A program made the translations under genes and the position numbers. Positions 23,601 through 36,500 of a stretch of 64,000 nucleotides of DNA are shown piece after piece; within the stretch, counting starts at the first letter, position 1; every line of letters starts with the position of its first letter. The notes beneath the pieces are model-generated. The model did no database searches, was not told where the DNA came from, and saw only the letters and a program-made list of their open reading frames with translations. Source of the DNA: Macrostomum lignano (taxonomy: Eukaryota); contig NIVC01000542.1 of NCBI GenBank assembly GCA_002269645.1, positions 124,001 to 188,000 of the forward strand, given 5' to 3'.

Positions 23601-26600
23601 CTCCAGTTCGGCCGAGATCTCCGTCTCCGCGTTCACCTTCGACTTGGAGCCCTCCCCGGGCACCGGGTAGCGCCGCTGCTCGATCTGCTCGCTGGCCACG
23701 CGGACAATGCGCGGACACTTCAGGCGCAGCCGGTTCTGCAGGTAGGTCGCCACAACGTCCACAGACGCGTTGGACGGCCCGCAGTACAGCACCTGTCGCC
23801 GAGTCTGCAGCTTCTTGCTCTTGTCCCGACCTTTGGCGACCACTTTCACCTTCACGGGCTGCTTCGGCTGTCGGGCTTCTTTCGGCTGAGCCTCGATGCC
23901 CATCTCCTCGTACCGGATGCGCACGTCCGCGTCCGCCGCGTCCTCGTCCTCCACAGCTTCCTCGTCTTCCTGGTCGTCGTCCATCGCATCGTAGTAATCG
24001 TCGGCCTCGTGCCAGGTGTCGTCGATGCAGCGGTTGATGAACACGTACCAGTAGGTGAGCATGATGCCGGTGGAGGTCTTGCCGGTGCCTGCGAGTCGGA
24101 GAGCATTAGTGCAACAAGGTCATTAGTGCAAGGGTATTAGTCCAATAGTGTGAACACGTTTAGTCTAAAAAAATGATGGGAATTCTTTTGAGCGTCGCTT
24201 CCTGAGGAGCGTAACGAACCTGGAGGCTTCCTTGGATACAACTATGTGAGCATGAGTGCTCAAGGGTCAGGGTAGTCTTACTGTGGACCAGAAGTTGCAC
24301 CAAGGCCAGCAGTGCAAATAAATAAAAAATAAGGACAATCATTTACCTGGCGGGCCCCAGATAAGCGTCACTGGCTGGGTCATTGCTTTGGAGATGGCCT
24401 TCTCTTGGCTGTCATTGCACGGGATCGATTCAAAATGCTTTAAGTTGTTCTCAGCCGGAAGCCGGATGACATACTGTTGAACACCCAGGTTGCGCAAATG
24501 GTTCAGGTAGATGGTCCAGTCTCCGGCTAAAATGGGGTAAGTGAAGGTTTTAGCCAATCTAACAAAACGCCTGTTAATAACTTTACTGCATCAGAGCAAA
24601 AGTCGCCTACTGGCATCCAGTCTCCGCCGCTCGCACTCCAAGTTGATCAGCCTGCTGGCCAAATCGAACTTTTCAACGTCGACTAGCTTCTGCAAGGCGA
24701 TTTCCTGCCGCCTGGAGGGCAGAAACTTGTAGATGACTTCAATGCTGGCCCGGCTGAGGCTCTCTTGCGGCGCGCTGGCGTCGCAGGACACTTCGTTCAA
24801 ATGGAACACGACAAATCTGCAGATGTGAACTTTTGGCGCGCCGCACAAGACGGACTTGGTGTGCGGGGAGATGTACACCGACACGATGCCGCCGTGTCCA
24901 ATCCAGGTGTGCGAGTCGCGCTTGGACCGGAGGCAGATGTATTCGGCGTAGCGCAGGCCCTCGATCGATTCTGCTATTCTAAACGCCTCATCTGTTGGGT
25001 CAATATCTGATTTGCTGACCGCGTGTTCCTCCAGCTTCTCCTTTCTTCTCGGATCGTGATAAACAGAGTCGGAGAAGCGGATCAGTCTGTTCTGGCAGTA
25101 CTGCTCAGTCAGGCAGAACAATCCCAGGTGGCGCTTGTTCTTGTCATCCCAACGCCACAGCAGCTCCGCATCATGAACAACGAACGAATCATCAGCGGCG
25201 GCTGCCACGGTCGCAGACTCCATAGAAACAATTGGAAGCCAGACGTTGGCGTAATGCAGAGTATCCCGATAGGAATTCGAGCTGGCTTCATCAGCGATGC
25301 GCTCGAATGACGCCACTGGCCGCATTCTGTGAGCGGTGCACATGTCAATTGTGTCGCACAGTTCGACCATCTGAATAGTTGGTGTTAGCAGCCCGCTACT
25401 CATAACGTTGTAGAACTGCACTTTCATTATATCGCCAAGTCGAACTTCTTTGCTGACGTGGCTGCTGCTGTTCATGATTGAGTTTTCCTGCTGGGCGGAC
25501 TCTGAGCTAACAAAAAAACTGCGAGCGACAAGCTCATCTGGAATTTCTACGATCCGATCTGCAGAGCTTTCGCAGTGCTGCCTTACACGATCGTAATTTC
25601 CTTGAGAATTCAGCAACTGCTCTTTTAAGCTTTTGGCACAGTTAAAATCAACAAAATCAAAGTATTGAGTACTTGAAACAACACATTCAGAATTTCTTTC
25701 CGGCTTTATTCCATGCTCAATAAACGAGTTCCAGCGCTCGGAGCTTGGATGGCAAAAAATCTTTTTCTTCCACTGGAGCCGCATGCATCCATTGCTAAGC
25801 ACAGGCTTGTCAATCAGGCTCAGGAAGCGCAGCGGAATGGTTTTGGACAAAGCCGGCAAAAATTCCAGAGATGATCCGGTGAAAAGAAGCTCGTCCTCTG
25901 ACATCTCCCTAACTACAGATAGCAAGCACTGCGGCTTTGTTTTGTTCAGCTCAGCAAACTCAAAACATTGACCGTCTTTTTCGAACCGTTTGCTCCGCTG
26001 CATCACACAATTCATGTATTCTGCGAGATCTTCAATAGATTCGACTTTGCCTTGAATTTGGGCCTCAAGCTGAGCGCGCAATGCCCGATGAGCAAGAATA
26101 TCAGGGTAACGGCGGAGTGGACTGGTGAAATGCACATAGTTTTCTATGTTCAGGTCGTAGTGCAAGCTTGGTAACTTCGGTTGTTGAGCTTGAAACTCGA
26201 TGTACCTTGCCGGTTGAGAAATTTTATGCCAGTCTGAAATCGCCAAGAAGAGATAGGGAAACCGAGTCTCTGAGTACAGCATCAGAAGAGCGCTTCTCGG
26301 ATCTTGAGAGCAAAGCTGTTGCAAAAGCCGCGAATCATCTTTGAAAATTCGAATATTCTGCCTCGGCACTCTCGCTTCATCATAAATTGCCGATAGGTTC
26401 CGGAAATGTCTGCTCAGCTCGGCCGATTGCACAACAGAAAATTCAAACTTTGAGCGCCACAGGTCGACATCAACGTCACGCGGCGACTGCTGTACCCGAT
26501 TTACAAATGGCTCAAGGTACTTGCTAGAAGCCAGAAACTCGCCAACAGTTCGATTGGCCAAAACCATGAACTCTTCAACCAGGGCGCTTGCCTCAAATTT

Positions 26601-28442
26601 GTCTCCAATGGCTGATTGCGCATCTTCCAACTGATCTCGCAGCACAAATGCCGCAGAACCCATTCTGTGAATTCTCAGCTCTTTCGCGATGCTCCATAAA
26701 TAGCGTATAGCTGCTATGAGCTCCTGTGATGGAGGGACGTCGAAATCCGCCTCTTTGCCAAGCAGTATGTCATGCACCGCATCCTTGTTCAGACGATGAT
26801 TGCTGTTAATAAGAGTCATTGCGGGAGTTCGTCTTCTCAGATCCCACTCGCCAGTCAGATCCTGTTTGAATTCAAAAATAGTCGATAGACAGCGCCTGTC
26901 CTTTCCCTCCACAAGACTAAGAAGTGACTCAGACAGATCGCTTGGAAACAAATGATTGGGAGTGACACCAGCCTGTTTGGCAATCCTCGGTGGGTAGATA
27001 GTCACCACTCTGTTTCTGCCCAGCTTGTCAAGGTGCGAGTCCTTCTCGATGTAGTAGCTGACGTCGGTGATGTGAACGCCAACAAGGGCTACCCTAGTTT
27101 GCTGATTGTACTGGAAGCTGATGGCATCATCCATATCCTTAGTATCAGGGTTATCAATGGTAATGGTAAAATGACTTCTAAAGTCGCGGCGCTTTGGGTG
27201 GTCTGACGTGTCTGTCGCAATGGTTCTAATTCTCTCCAGGTCTCGCTTTACTGCTGGCGTCTCAAGCATCTTTCTTGGCAAGGAATGCTTTAACATTAAA
27301 ACCTCTAGGGTGCTTTTGAGGCTGTCAACGCGATCGAAAACGTGAACTACTTTACCAGTCGGATAAAACTGATTGACGTTCCAGCCGAGGTAGCAAACCA
27401 CAAACAGTTTGTCGCAGTTGTGCTTCTGAACATGCAAAGGATTTCCATAAGGAGAAAACTCGAACTGAGCTTTGCTTTGAGCATTTTTACTCGCCATGTC
27501 AAGGCCCCTCTTGCCCTTTTTGCCTTTCTGTTGGTCCCTTTTGATTTCGGCACTTTCCACAAGCCTCTTCCGCGGGTTGTACACTGACACGTAGTGCAGA
27601 TTGGCGTACTTCTCCACATCCTCCATGCCCCTCTCATCTCGATTCTGCACACCAGTGGCCCTGCGACTTTGAAAGGGCTGACTGCGCATAACATTTTGCT
27701 CATAATATTCTCGGTACCAAACCCGGGCATGCCTGTTGTCGTAGCCAATCTTTGGAAAGCTGTGGCACAGAGGCCGCATGAAAGAGCCATCGTCATAGAT
27801 GATCTCGCAAATAAACAGCTTGTAAACCAGTTTCTCATGCTGTTTGAGCACACCAACAACTCTACCGTGACCTAAACGCGGATTGTCTTCATCTTTATCC
27901 AGCACTTCAACGAGAACAGTGTCTCCCTGACACGCCCGGCCGCAGTTTGTGCGACCCTTCAGCTCCACCTTCTCCAGCTCATCTGTCGCTTCAACGGGCA
28001 CCGCCCAGCCTTGCTGCGAGCCCTCCAGTTGCAACTCGCAGACTCGAAAGTTTTTCGGCTTTCGCGCCATGATTTTGCTGATTCTTGACTTTGAGAGCAT
28101 GGCATACTTTTCCTCATTGCAATATCGACCTTCGATGACACCTTCAGCCTCGGTAGAATTATACTGGCGATTGGTGATGCGGACAACAATGCGCTCATCC
28201 TGGAGGATGCTTGTAACTCTGGATGTCAGACGAATGCGCAACACATTGTTGATGACGGCCTCAGGGATGGCAACAGGATACGAGCCTTGGTCGAAACGCA
28301 TCCTGCACAGCCTGTATTCGGCAACATTATTCAGTTTGCTCCTCCATTTCTCTTCGGAGGACTGCACTGTAGTATCAAATTCGTCATATTCCTGACAGCT
28401 GTCAAAAAGCTTCAGTATTCGGGCCAGCTCCTCGGGCGAACT
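15860..28442 (-). CDS. HELZ2: HELZ2-like protein: OB/cold-shock region + RNB (RNase II/R) 3'-5' exoribonuclease + UPF1/DNA2-NAM7-type SF1B helicase; at least 2095 aa, 5' end unresolved
   Basis: Phase-consistent exons 24611-28442, 24347-24526, 23463-24088, 20951-21478, 18707-19156, 16861-17026, 16625-16792, 15860-16197. RNB motifs TIDNPDTKDMDDAIS and HFTSPLRRYPD. Helicase motifs WGPPGTGKT, GPSNASVD, IIIDEAG, GDHKQL, QYRM|HP, ASQGSEFD, NVALTRAR. LKGRTNCGRACQGDTVLVEVL...GRVVGVLK matches the HELZ2 pre-RNB OB region. Confidence 0.9.
16310..16500. repeat. Degenerate TGTGTCTGC-type intronic repeat
   Basis: Low-complexity tandem sequence in the last HELZ2-like intron. Confidence 0.75.
17070..17330. 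repeat. Intronic minisatellite, 24 bp unit AACCTCAGATCCCATGGGTCAGTG
   Basis: About 10 tandem copies near the acceptor at 17027-17028. Confidence 0.9.
17960..18720. repeat. Intronic minisatellite, 43-54 bp unit containing the HELZ2-like exon end and splice donor
   Basis: Unit GCAGTCTCAGCCTCCCTCATCATCAAGCAGTCCCAGACTCACC, with ACACGACC-insertion variants; overlaps the exon boundary at 18707. Confidence 0.93.
19185..20715. repeat. (TATC)n/(GATA)n microsatellite, ~1.5 kb
   Basis: Direct observation, with TGTC variants; intronic. Confidence 0.98.
21622..22052. mobile_element. MITE/foldback-like element with ~165 bp imperfect terminal inverted repeats
   Basis: 21622-21785 is the reverse complement of 21880-22052 (GTCCGGACCATRCATGCGCAA...GACTTACCTATGAAA...GGTAAACGGCAG...GCCTCGTCATCTAA). 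Non-coding; no clear TSD. Confidence 0.7.
22102..23476. repeat. Intronic minisatellite, 47 bp unit x~29, containing the HELZ2-like exon end and splice donor
   Basis: Unit CACAAGARCATTGACCCACCCGCCTCAAACAGACTGGCGCTGACCTG; overlaps the exon boundary at 23463. Confidence 0.96.
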
Positions 28443-31400
28443 CTACAAAGGAATTTTGATAAAAAGTAGTTTGCTACAAAATGGCATCTTAAACCTTAAT
28501 AAGTTATGTCAAACTTTTTGTCAAATTTTCTAATTTAAACTATTTTAATAGGTAAAATGCTTTTTTCCATTATACAAGAGATAATATACATAGAAGTTAT
28601 AATCAAAAGTTTCTATCCTATATTCCATAGTCTCAAATATTTATCATACACAAAATTTTTTGGCCCACAGATTGCTGCTGGAGATCAATGGCTTCTCTAT
28701 CTGTGCTACATGCAGAGAGATAGTAGCTATTAACGAATATTGCCAATGCACTAAGAGATAGACTATTGCATGTGGAAAATAAATTTTGCTATGCAGCTCA
28801 TATAAATAACTTTTTTGCACCCTGATGCAGGCAAAATATTTATTCATAAAATAGCAGTCTCAAAACTATAGGCTATAATATACTTGTACTTACTTATAGT
28901 TCTAATTGTATAGATATGCATCATTAACTATAGGTAGATAAAATTCTTTAGGTTTTCAATTTTTTAACTCTTACTAAGTACTTAGGAAGTGACTAAAAAG
29001 CAAAAAAACTACCATACTTTAAAACCTCCTGTTTTACATACCTTGGTTGTTAGTCATTGACTCTTAGTCAAAGAATCTCTTAATTTCAAAAAAAATATTA
29101 ATCTAAAATTCAGTAGGTCACTGTATTTATTGAAGTTTGAAGTTTAAATTACAAAGTATAGTTGTCCCCTATTTTAATCATTAGTTAGTTGATGACAAGG
29201 TATCATAAGTATTCAACTATTAATAAATTATTTGGTTACTTCATTATCCTTCTTTGGCTATCCAGAAAGTTGTGAGAAGATATATATTATTAATAAATAT
29301 ATTTTAGACCTATAAAAAATAGCACTAGTTGATAATGTGATCTTCCCTTGTATTGATTATAATTGTCAACAAGTAATCAAACCTAAAATTTTAAGTAACC
29401 AAACAATCTTTACCAAAGCCTCTTGTCAATTGCAATATAACTTCTTAAAATTTACTGTAATCACTAAATATGGTTGATGATCCCTTTGATCCCCAGTGTA
29501 AAAAATGGCAAATACCCTATAGTTTAGAAGACAAGGGTACTTGCTATTTGTTAGCATATATCAGTATACATCCTAGTGTATATGACATAGTAGAAAATTT
29601 TAAACTTACATCTATGACATACCTACGTACATTTTAGGATCAAATAAAGTGAGTGACTTAATATAGAATATGCTACATGCAACACCATCATTATGGAACA
29701 AAGAATAATAAAAAACAATTTTAAACCATGCATCCTTAAAAACTTGTTTTTATTTTATTTTTAGCAAATAAAAAATCTATAAAGTACTTCTTTTAAAATT
29801 GTTTTTTTTCATTGAATTTTGTAAAAGTGCATAATTTTTAAGTTTATTATTTTATATAAATAATAAATTCAAAACGAAAAAATGTACAACTTTGGCATAC
29901 ATATATTATAATAAAAAACTTTTTAGTCCCAATTTTCTGGAAGGCATATTTTTGCTCTTGCTGACAATCTTGGTGTACACTTGGCATATAGAATTTTCAG
30001 GTTCAACATGAAGTATATACAGTTGGCATACAAGAAATAGCCAAGTTCAAGGCTAATGTAATTGTGTAGTTAAATATCAACCAACATCGAAAGCTCTTTA
30101 AAAATAATTGGAAACTAAAATAGAAAATATTAACGCAATCATAAGAAAACCTTAATTAAAACATAGAATACCAGTTTTTAGCAAAATAAAGCTGTTTTAA
30201 AGTTTAAAATTCTTCAAAATATGGTATATAAACAATTTTAGTCATAACATAATTTTTTTTAATTTTATGTTAGTATAAAATAAAAAAACATGAATTTTCA
30301 TTCTAGCATGTGCTTGCAATGATCCAGACTATGGACTAGACTTGGCATACACTAATATACAATCCAAACTATGGCAAGTACCCTTGTTGTATGCCAGGAA
30401 ATCCTGGAATACATGTTACTTTCTAAACTATAGTATGTCTATAGCATGTATATAATGATTTCCCATAGTCAAGAAGGTGGCCTTTGCCACAGAAAATTCT
30501 AGAGCACACAAGGGGTCCAAGATGCACTCAGCACATAATCACAGCATATATAAGGGATCCACAATGCTCCTAGTGCACAATCATAGTGCATGGAAGGGGT
30601 TCCTGATAACTGATATATTAGCACATAATCAAAGCAGAGATTGATATCTCTAGTGCATGCAGCACACAAGTTTTTTGGCAAAATTGTTGTTAAATTGTAA
30701 TGATTAGTTCATCCAACTTTTACTAGATAAAATGATAATTTATAATAATTTATAATGTATGTTCAATTGGGCTTAAGTTATATTGTGATGTTTTAGTGAA
30801 TTGATATTTCCATCAACAGTTTTTTATTAGGATTCATTTAAAATAAAAATTAAATTAAATTAAGCACTATAATCATCGTGTATGTAAAAAATATACCCAA
30901 TTTCATCATGATTGGGACATTCTGTCCATCCAATACTTACATATTGTTCGCAGCGTCTATTATTGGACATATTCAGTGGGTTTTAATTTTAAGGTGCAGT
31001 GGAGATTAAAAATATGAACACAAGTCTTCAATACTGCAGATAGTGCATTGAAAATTTATCGTCACGTAATGTTACGAGATTCCGCAACTCTCTTTCCTGG
31101 TCGTGACTAACGAAAAAGGTGTGTAAGCAAACGACTTGTCGCGGACGCGGACAAAATAAGTAATCGATTTCAAGGAAATTAAAGAAATTAAAATGGTAAA
31201 TTTTCGTTTTGCATTCATTTTAACTAAATGAAACATAGTATAAATAAGTTCTATATTTACAAAAATTCGTATATTAAAACAAAAAAATGCTACAGTAGCA
31301 ATTTGTTCATCAGTGGCCGTTGATTTTTGTTGAATCAGTTAAACCTACGTAAATAATTAGCATATATTAAATTGGTAGATCATATTTTGTGAGACAAATG

Positions 31401-32509
31401 GAAGTCTAGATAAAAAAATAGCTAGTGAATTAATTTTATTTTGATCAAATTAATTTGGGCTTATGATGAGGACCGAATTCTACAGCCAGTAGAGATATCA
31501 GTTTTTTTCTTTCCTCTCTTCCTTCTTATCCTGTCTCCCCCATAAATCTTATTCTGAATTCGATCTCATATCCGATCATTTTCATTTGATTCTAACAGCA
31601 TACTTTTTTTCAAGTCATAGTTATAACCAGATGTCAAGGTATCAGGCTGTCTGTGGGTCTACAGCCGTTATATGGCCTGGTAGAATCATGTGACTATACT
31701 GGCGCTTTCTCATTTTTGACACCATATGAATCGCTTTGAGATTTCGACCTACATGTATACATGGTAATTGTTGGTGATTGGTCCATATTGGTTCGTGGTT
31801 GGGATTTTTATACAAGCGGTCAATATTTTGATAACTGTGACCCGTCCTGACCGCTATCCCTAAAAATATTTTCGTTTTAATCTTAATCTGCTAGCGGATT
31901 ATCCAATTACACTCTTATCTTCATCCCTTCATAGTCATATTTTCATTGACTTTGGACTTGGCATTGCTGAAACTTGTAGATGCAAATAATTTTAAATCAA
32001 AATTGAAATTCAAGACAAACAAGCCGTCTGCTATTAGCAAGCCGTGGCCCAATAGTAAACATTTGTGGCCTTTTGCAGACAGCGAGGAAATCAGTTTATT
32101 GTTAGTAGGCTGAAGAGGGAAAACAGGCAAGCTTACACTGCTGGTCAAAGATTCTGAACAAAGAAGAATTCAACTTAAAATATACAGATTTTTTGCGAAC
32201 TTAAAAATTAAGAGCAGACAAGGGCGAACTAAAGCTTTGAGTCGTTTGAGTCAAAGCCTAGCAGAAAATGATTTACTAATCTTCTACCAAAACTTAAACC
32301 GAATTCACACACATGAAACTGCGCAAAACAGTTCCGATATTAAATAAAGTCCACAGGCATCAGCAGGGCTTGAGTAAAATATTAAATTGAATGAATCACA
32401 ATGCCTAAGGACAGGCCGTTGCTTGCCTCCTGCGAACACACGCGGCAAAGTATTTCTGAACGCACCATGCAAAAAACATTTCTTTATTGTATAGCAACGG
32501 GAAATTCTT

Positions 32510-33150
32510 GACGGATAGCAACCGGATTCCCTTGCAGCATAGTATCCGGGTTCCCTTGCCACATAGTAACGGGGTTCCCTTACCGATAGCAACGGGATTC
32601 CCTAGCCACATAGCAACGAGATTCTCTTGCCACATAGCAACGGGATTCTCTTGCCACATAGCAACGGGATTCTCTTGCCACATAGTAACGAGGTTCCCTT
32701 ACCACATAGTAACGGGGTTCCCTTACCTCATAGTAACGGGGTTCCCTTACCTCATAGCAATGGGGTTCCCTTGCCGAATAGCAACGGGATTCCCTTACCT
32801 CATAGTAACGGGGTTCCCTTACCTCATAGCAATGGGGTTCCCTTGCCGCATAGCAACGGGATTCCCTTACCTCATAGTAACGGGGTTCCCTTACCTCATA
32901 GCAATGGGGTTCCCTTGCCGAATAGCAACGGGATTCCCTTACCTCATAGTAACGGGGTTCCCTTACCTCATAGTAACGGGGTTCCCTTACCTCATAGTAA
33001 CGGGGTTCCCTTACCTCATAGTAACGGGGTTGGTTCCCTTGCCGCATAGCAACGGGATTCCCTTACCTCATAGTAACGAGGTTCCATTAACTCATAGCAA
33101 TGGGGTTCCCTTGCCGCATAGCAACGGGATTCCCTTACCTCATAGAAACG
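32510..33150. repeat. Minisatellite, 24 bp unit CCTTACCTCATAGTAACGGGGTTC
   Basis: Tandem array with several variant types, lying between the RING gene and the HELZ2-like gene. Confidence 0.92.
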
Positions 33151-33553
33151 GGATTTCCTTGCCTATATACTCCTTGGATTTTCTGAGTACACAAAGCACT
33201 CTAATTCAACCAGTAAACATGTCGCTATGCGGACATGCCACAATGAGTTGCCTGTGTATTAAAAAAGGGATGGTAAGAGAAGTTAATCGGGGGTGATGGA
33301 GAACATCGGCTCAGCTAAAAAGCCCCAGTAACTGAGAATAAAGCCTAGAAATTGAAATGAGCAAAATGAGGGCAGATTGTGCGGTCAGGCCGTCAGCCGC
33401 TACAGTAAGAACAGCACGCACCATTTTCTAAGAAGTCGCATTCGCTAACAGTGCAGTTTCTGAATTTGTGGTGAAATAGAAAAATTCTGAATAAAATCTG
33501 TCCGAGTTCGAACAGCCAAATAAAAAAACACCCGACATCATCGCCAGCTCGGC

Positions 33554-36500
33554 TCAGTCGCAGTCGTCCTCCACGTAGTCCCGACTGCGCCGGCGACCTC
33601 CTCGGCTGGGCCCCTGCCGGGACTCCGCCGTACTGGAGGAAGAAGAAGCGGAGGCGGCAGCGGCGGCGGCGGCGGCGGAGGCAGCGGCAAGGCGAGTGGC
33701 GAGCCCCACAGGCGGGAGGAAGCCGCCGACGGCGCCTAGCTGTGCGGCCTCGCTGTCAGCCGCGTCCGCATCTTCGCCAGGCGCCGCTTCGTCGTGATCC
33801 CCGTCGGTGCCAGACGCAGACAGGGGGCTCCGGCAGACCGGGCAGGTGCCGCGCTGAAGGGAGTCAGAAAGGGAGCGCATGGGATGCATAGGGTTGCCAC
33901 AAGGGATTATTTAATGGCTATCGGACCGTCATGCATTTCATATAAGCTGGGTGGCTTCATGAACTGGGTGAGGCACTGGAGTCCCGCTGACAGCACTGGG
34001 TGAGGCACTGGAGTCCCGCTGACAGCACTGGGTGAGGCACTGGAGTCCCGCTGACAGCACTGGGTAAGGCACTGGAGTCCCGCTGACAGCACTGAGTGAG
34101 GCACTGGAGTCCCGCTGACAGCACTGGGTGAGGCACTGGAGTCCCGCTGACAGCACTGAGTGAGGCACTGGAGTCCCGCTGACAGCACTGGGTAAGGCAC
34201 TGGAGTCCCGCTGACATCACTGGGTAAGGCACTGGAGTCCCGCTGACAGCACTGGGTGAGGCACTGGAGTCCCACTGACAGCACTCTGGAGTCCCGCTGA
34301 GAGAGATAGCGAAGTCCCACTGAGGGAACAAGATGCAGCAAGAAATACCTTCTCCAGCCAGGGCTTGATGCACTGTTGGTGGAAGTGGTGCTGGCACGGC
34401 AGAACATCGGCCGAGACGCCCTGCTTGAACTCGTCGAGACAGACAAAGCACTGAAGGCCATCTTTCACCTGCGATTGAAGAGGAGAGGTGTGGGAGGCGA
34501 CTTTGTAGGCTGAGACGAGTTGCTGATTTAGTCTGCTAAAATAGAAGGCGGAATGATAGACTCGGCTGTACTGCTGAGGAGCTTGATTGGGTCAGGAGCA
34601 GTGAGCTGAGAATGAGATGCAATGAACTGAGAATGAGATGCAATGAGCTGAGAATGAGATGCAATGAACTGAGAATGAGATACAATGAGCTGAGAATGAG
34701 ATGCAATGAGCAGAGAATGAGATGCAATGAACTGAGAATGAGATGCAATGAGTTGAGAATGAGATGCAATGAACTGAGAATGAGATGCAATGAACTTAGA
34801 ATGAGATGCAATGAGTTCAGAATGAGATGCAATGAGCTGAGAATGAGATGCAATGAGCTGAGAATGAGATGCAATGAGCTGAGAATGAGATGCAATGAAC
34901 TGAGAATGAGATGCAATGAGTTGAGAATGAGATGCAATGAGCTGAGAATGAGATGCAATGAGCTGAGAATGAGATGCAATGAGCTGAGAATGAGATGCAA
35001 TGAGCTGAGAATGAGATGCAATGAACTGAGAATGAGATGCAATGAACTTAGAATGAGATGCAATGAACTGAGAATGAGATGCAATGAGCTGAGAATGAGA
35101 TGCAATGAGCTGAGAATGAGATGCAATGAGTTCAGAATGAGATGCAATGAACTGAGAATGAGATGCAATGAGTTCAGAATGAGATGCAATGAGCAGAGAA
35201 TGAGGTGCAATGAGCTGAGAATGAGATGCAATGAGTTCAGAATGAGATGCAATGAACTGAGAATGAGATGCAATGAGTTTAGAATGAGATGCAATGAGTT
35301 CAGAATGAGATGCAATGAGCTGAGAATGAGATGCAATGAGATGAGAATGAGATACAATGAACTGAGAATGAGATGCAATGAGTTCAGAATGAGATGCAAT
35401 GAACTGAGAATGAGATGCAATGAGCTGAGAATGAGATGCAATGAGCTGAGAATGAGATGCAATGAGTTGAGAATGAGATGCAATGAGCAGAGAATGAGAT
35501 GCAATGAACTGAGAATGAGATGCAATGAGCTGAGAATGAGATGCAATGAGTTCAGAATGAGATGCAATGAGCAGAGAATGAGATGCAATGAACTTAGAAT
35601 GAGATGCAATGAGTTCAGAATGAGATGCAATGAACTGAGAATGAGATGCAATGAACTTAGAATGAGATGCAATGAACTGAGAATGAGATGCAATGAGCTG
35701 AGAATGAGATGCAATGAGCTGAGAATGAGATGCAATGAGTTCAGAATGAGATGCAATGAACTGAGAATGAGATGCAATGAGTTCAGAATGAGATGCAATG
35801 AGCAGAGAATGAGGTGCAATGAGCTGAGAATGAGGTGCAATGAACTGAGAATGAGATGCAATGAGTTCAGAATGAGATGCAATGAACTGAGAATGAGATG
35901 CAATGAGTTCAGAATGAGATGCAATGAGTTCAGAATGAGATGCAATGAGCAGAGAATGAGATGCAATGAGCTGAGAATGAGATGCAATGAACTGAGAATG
36001 AGATGCAATGAGTTTAGAATGAGATGCAATGAGTTTAGAATGAGATGCAATGAGTTCAGAATGAGATACAATGAGCTGAGAATGAGATGCAATGAGCTGA
36101 GAATGAGATGCAATGAGATGAGAATGAGATACAATGAACTGAGAATGAGATGCAATGAGTTCAGAATGAGATGCAATGAACTGAGAATGAGATGCAATGA
36201 GCTGAGAATGAGATGCAATGAGCTGAGAATGAGATGCAATGAGTTGAGAATGAGATGCAATGAGCAGAGAATGAGATGCAATGAACTGAGAATGAGATGC
36301 AATGAGCTGAGAATGAGATGCAATGAGTTCAGAATGAGATGCAATGAGCAGAGAATGAGATGCAATGAACTTAGAATGAGATGCAATGAGTTCAGAATGA
36401 GATGCAATGAACTGAGAATGAGATGCAATGAACTTAGAATGAGATGCAATGAGTTCAGAATGAGATGCAATGAACTGAGAATGAGATGCAATGAGCTGAG

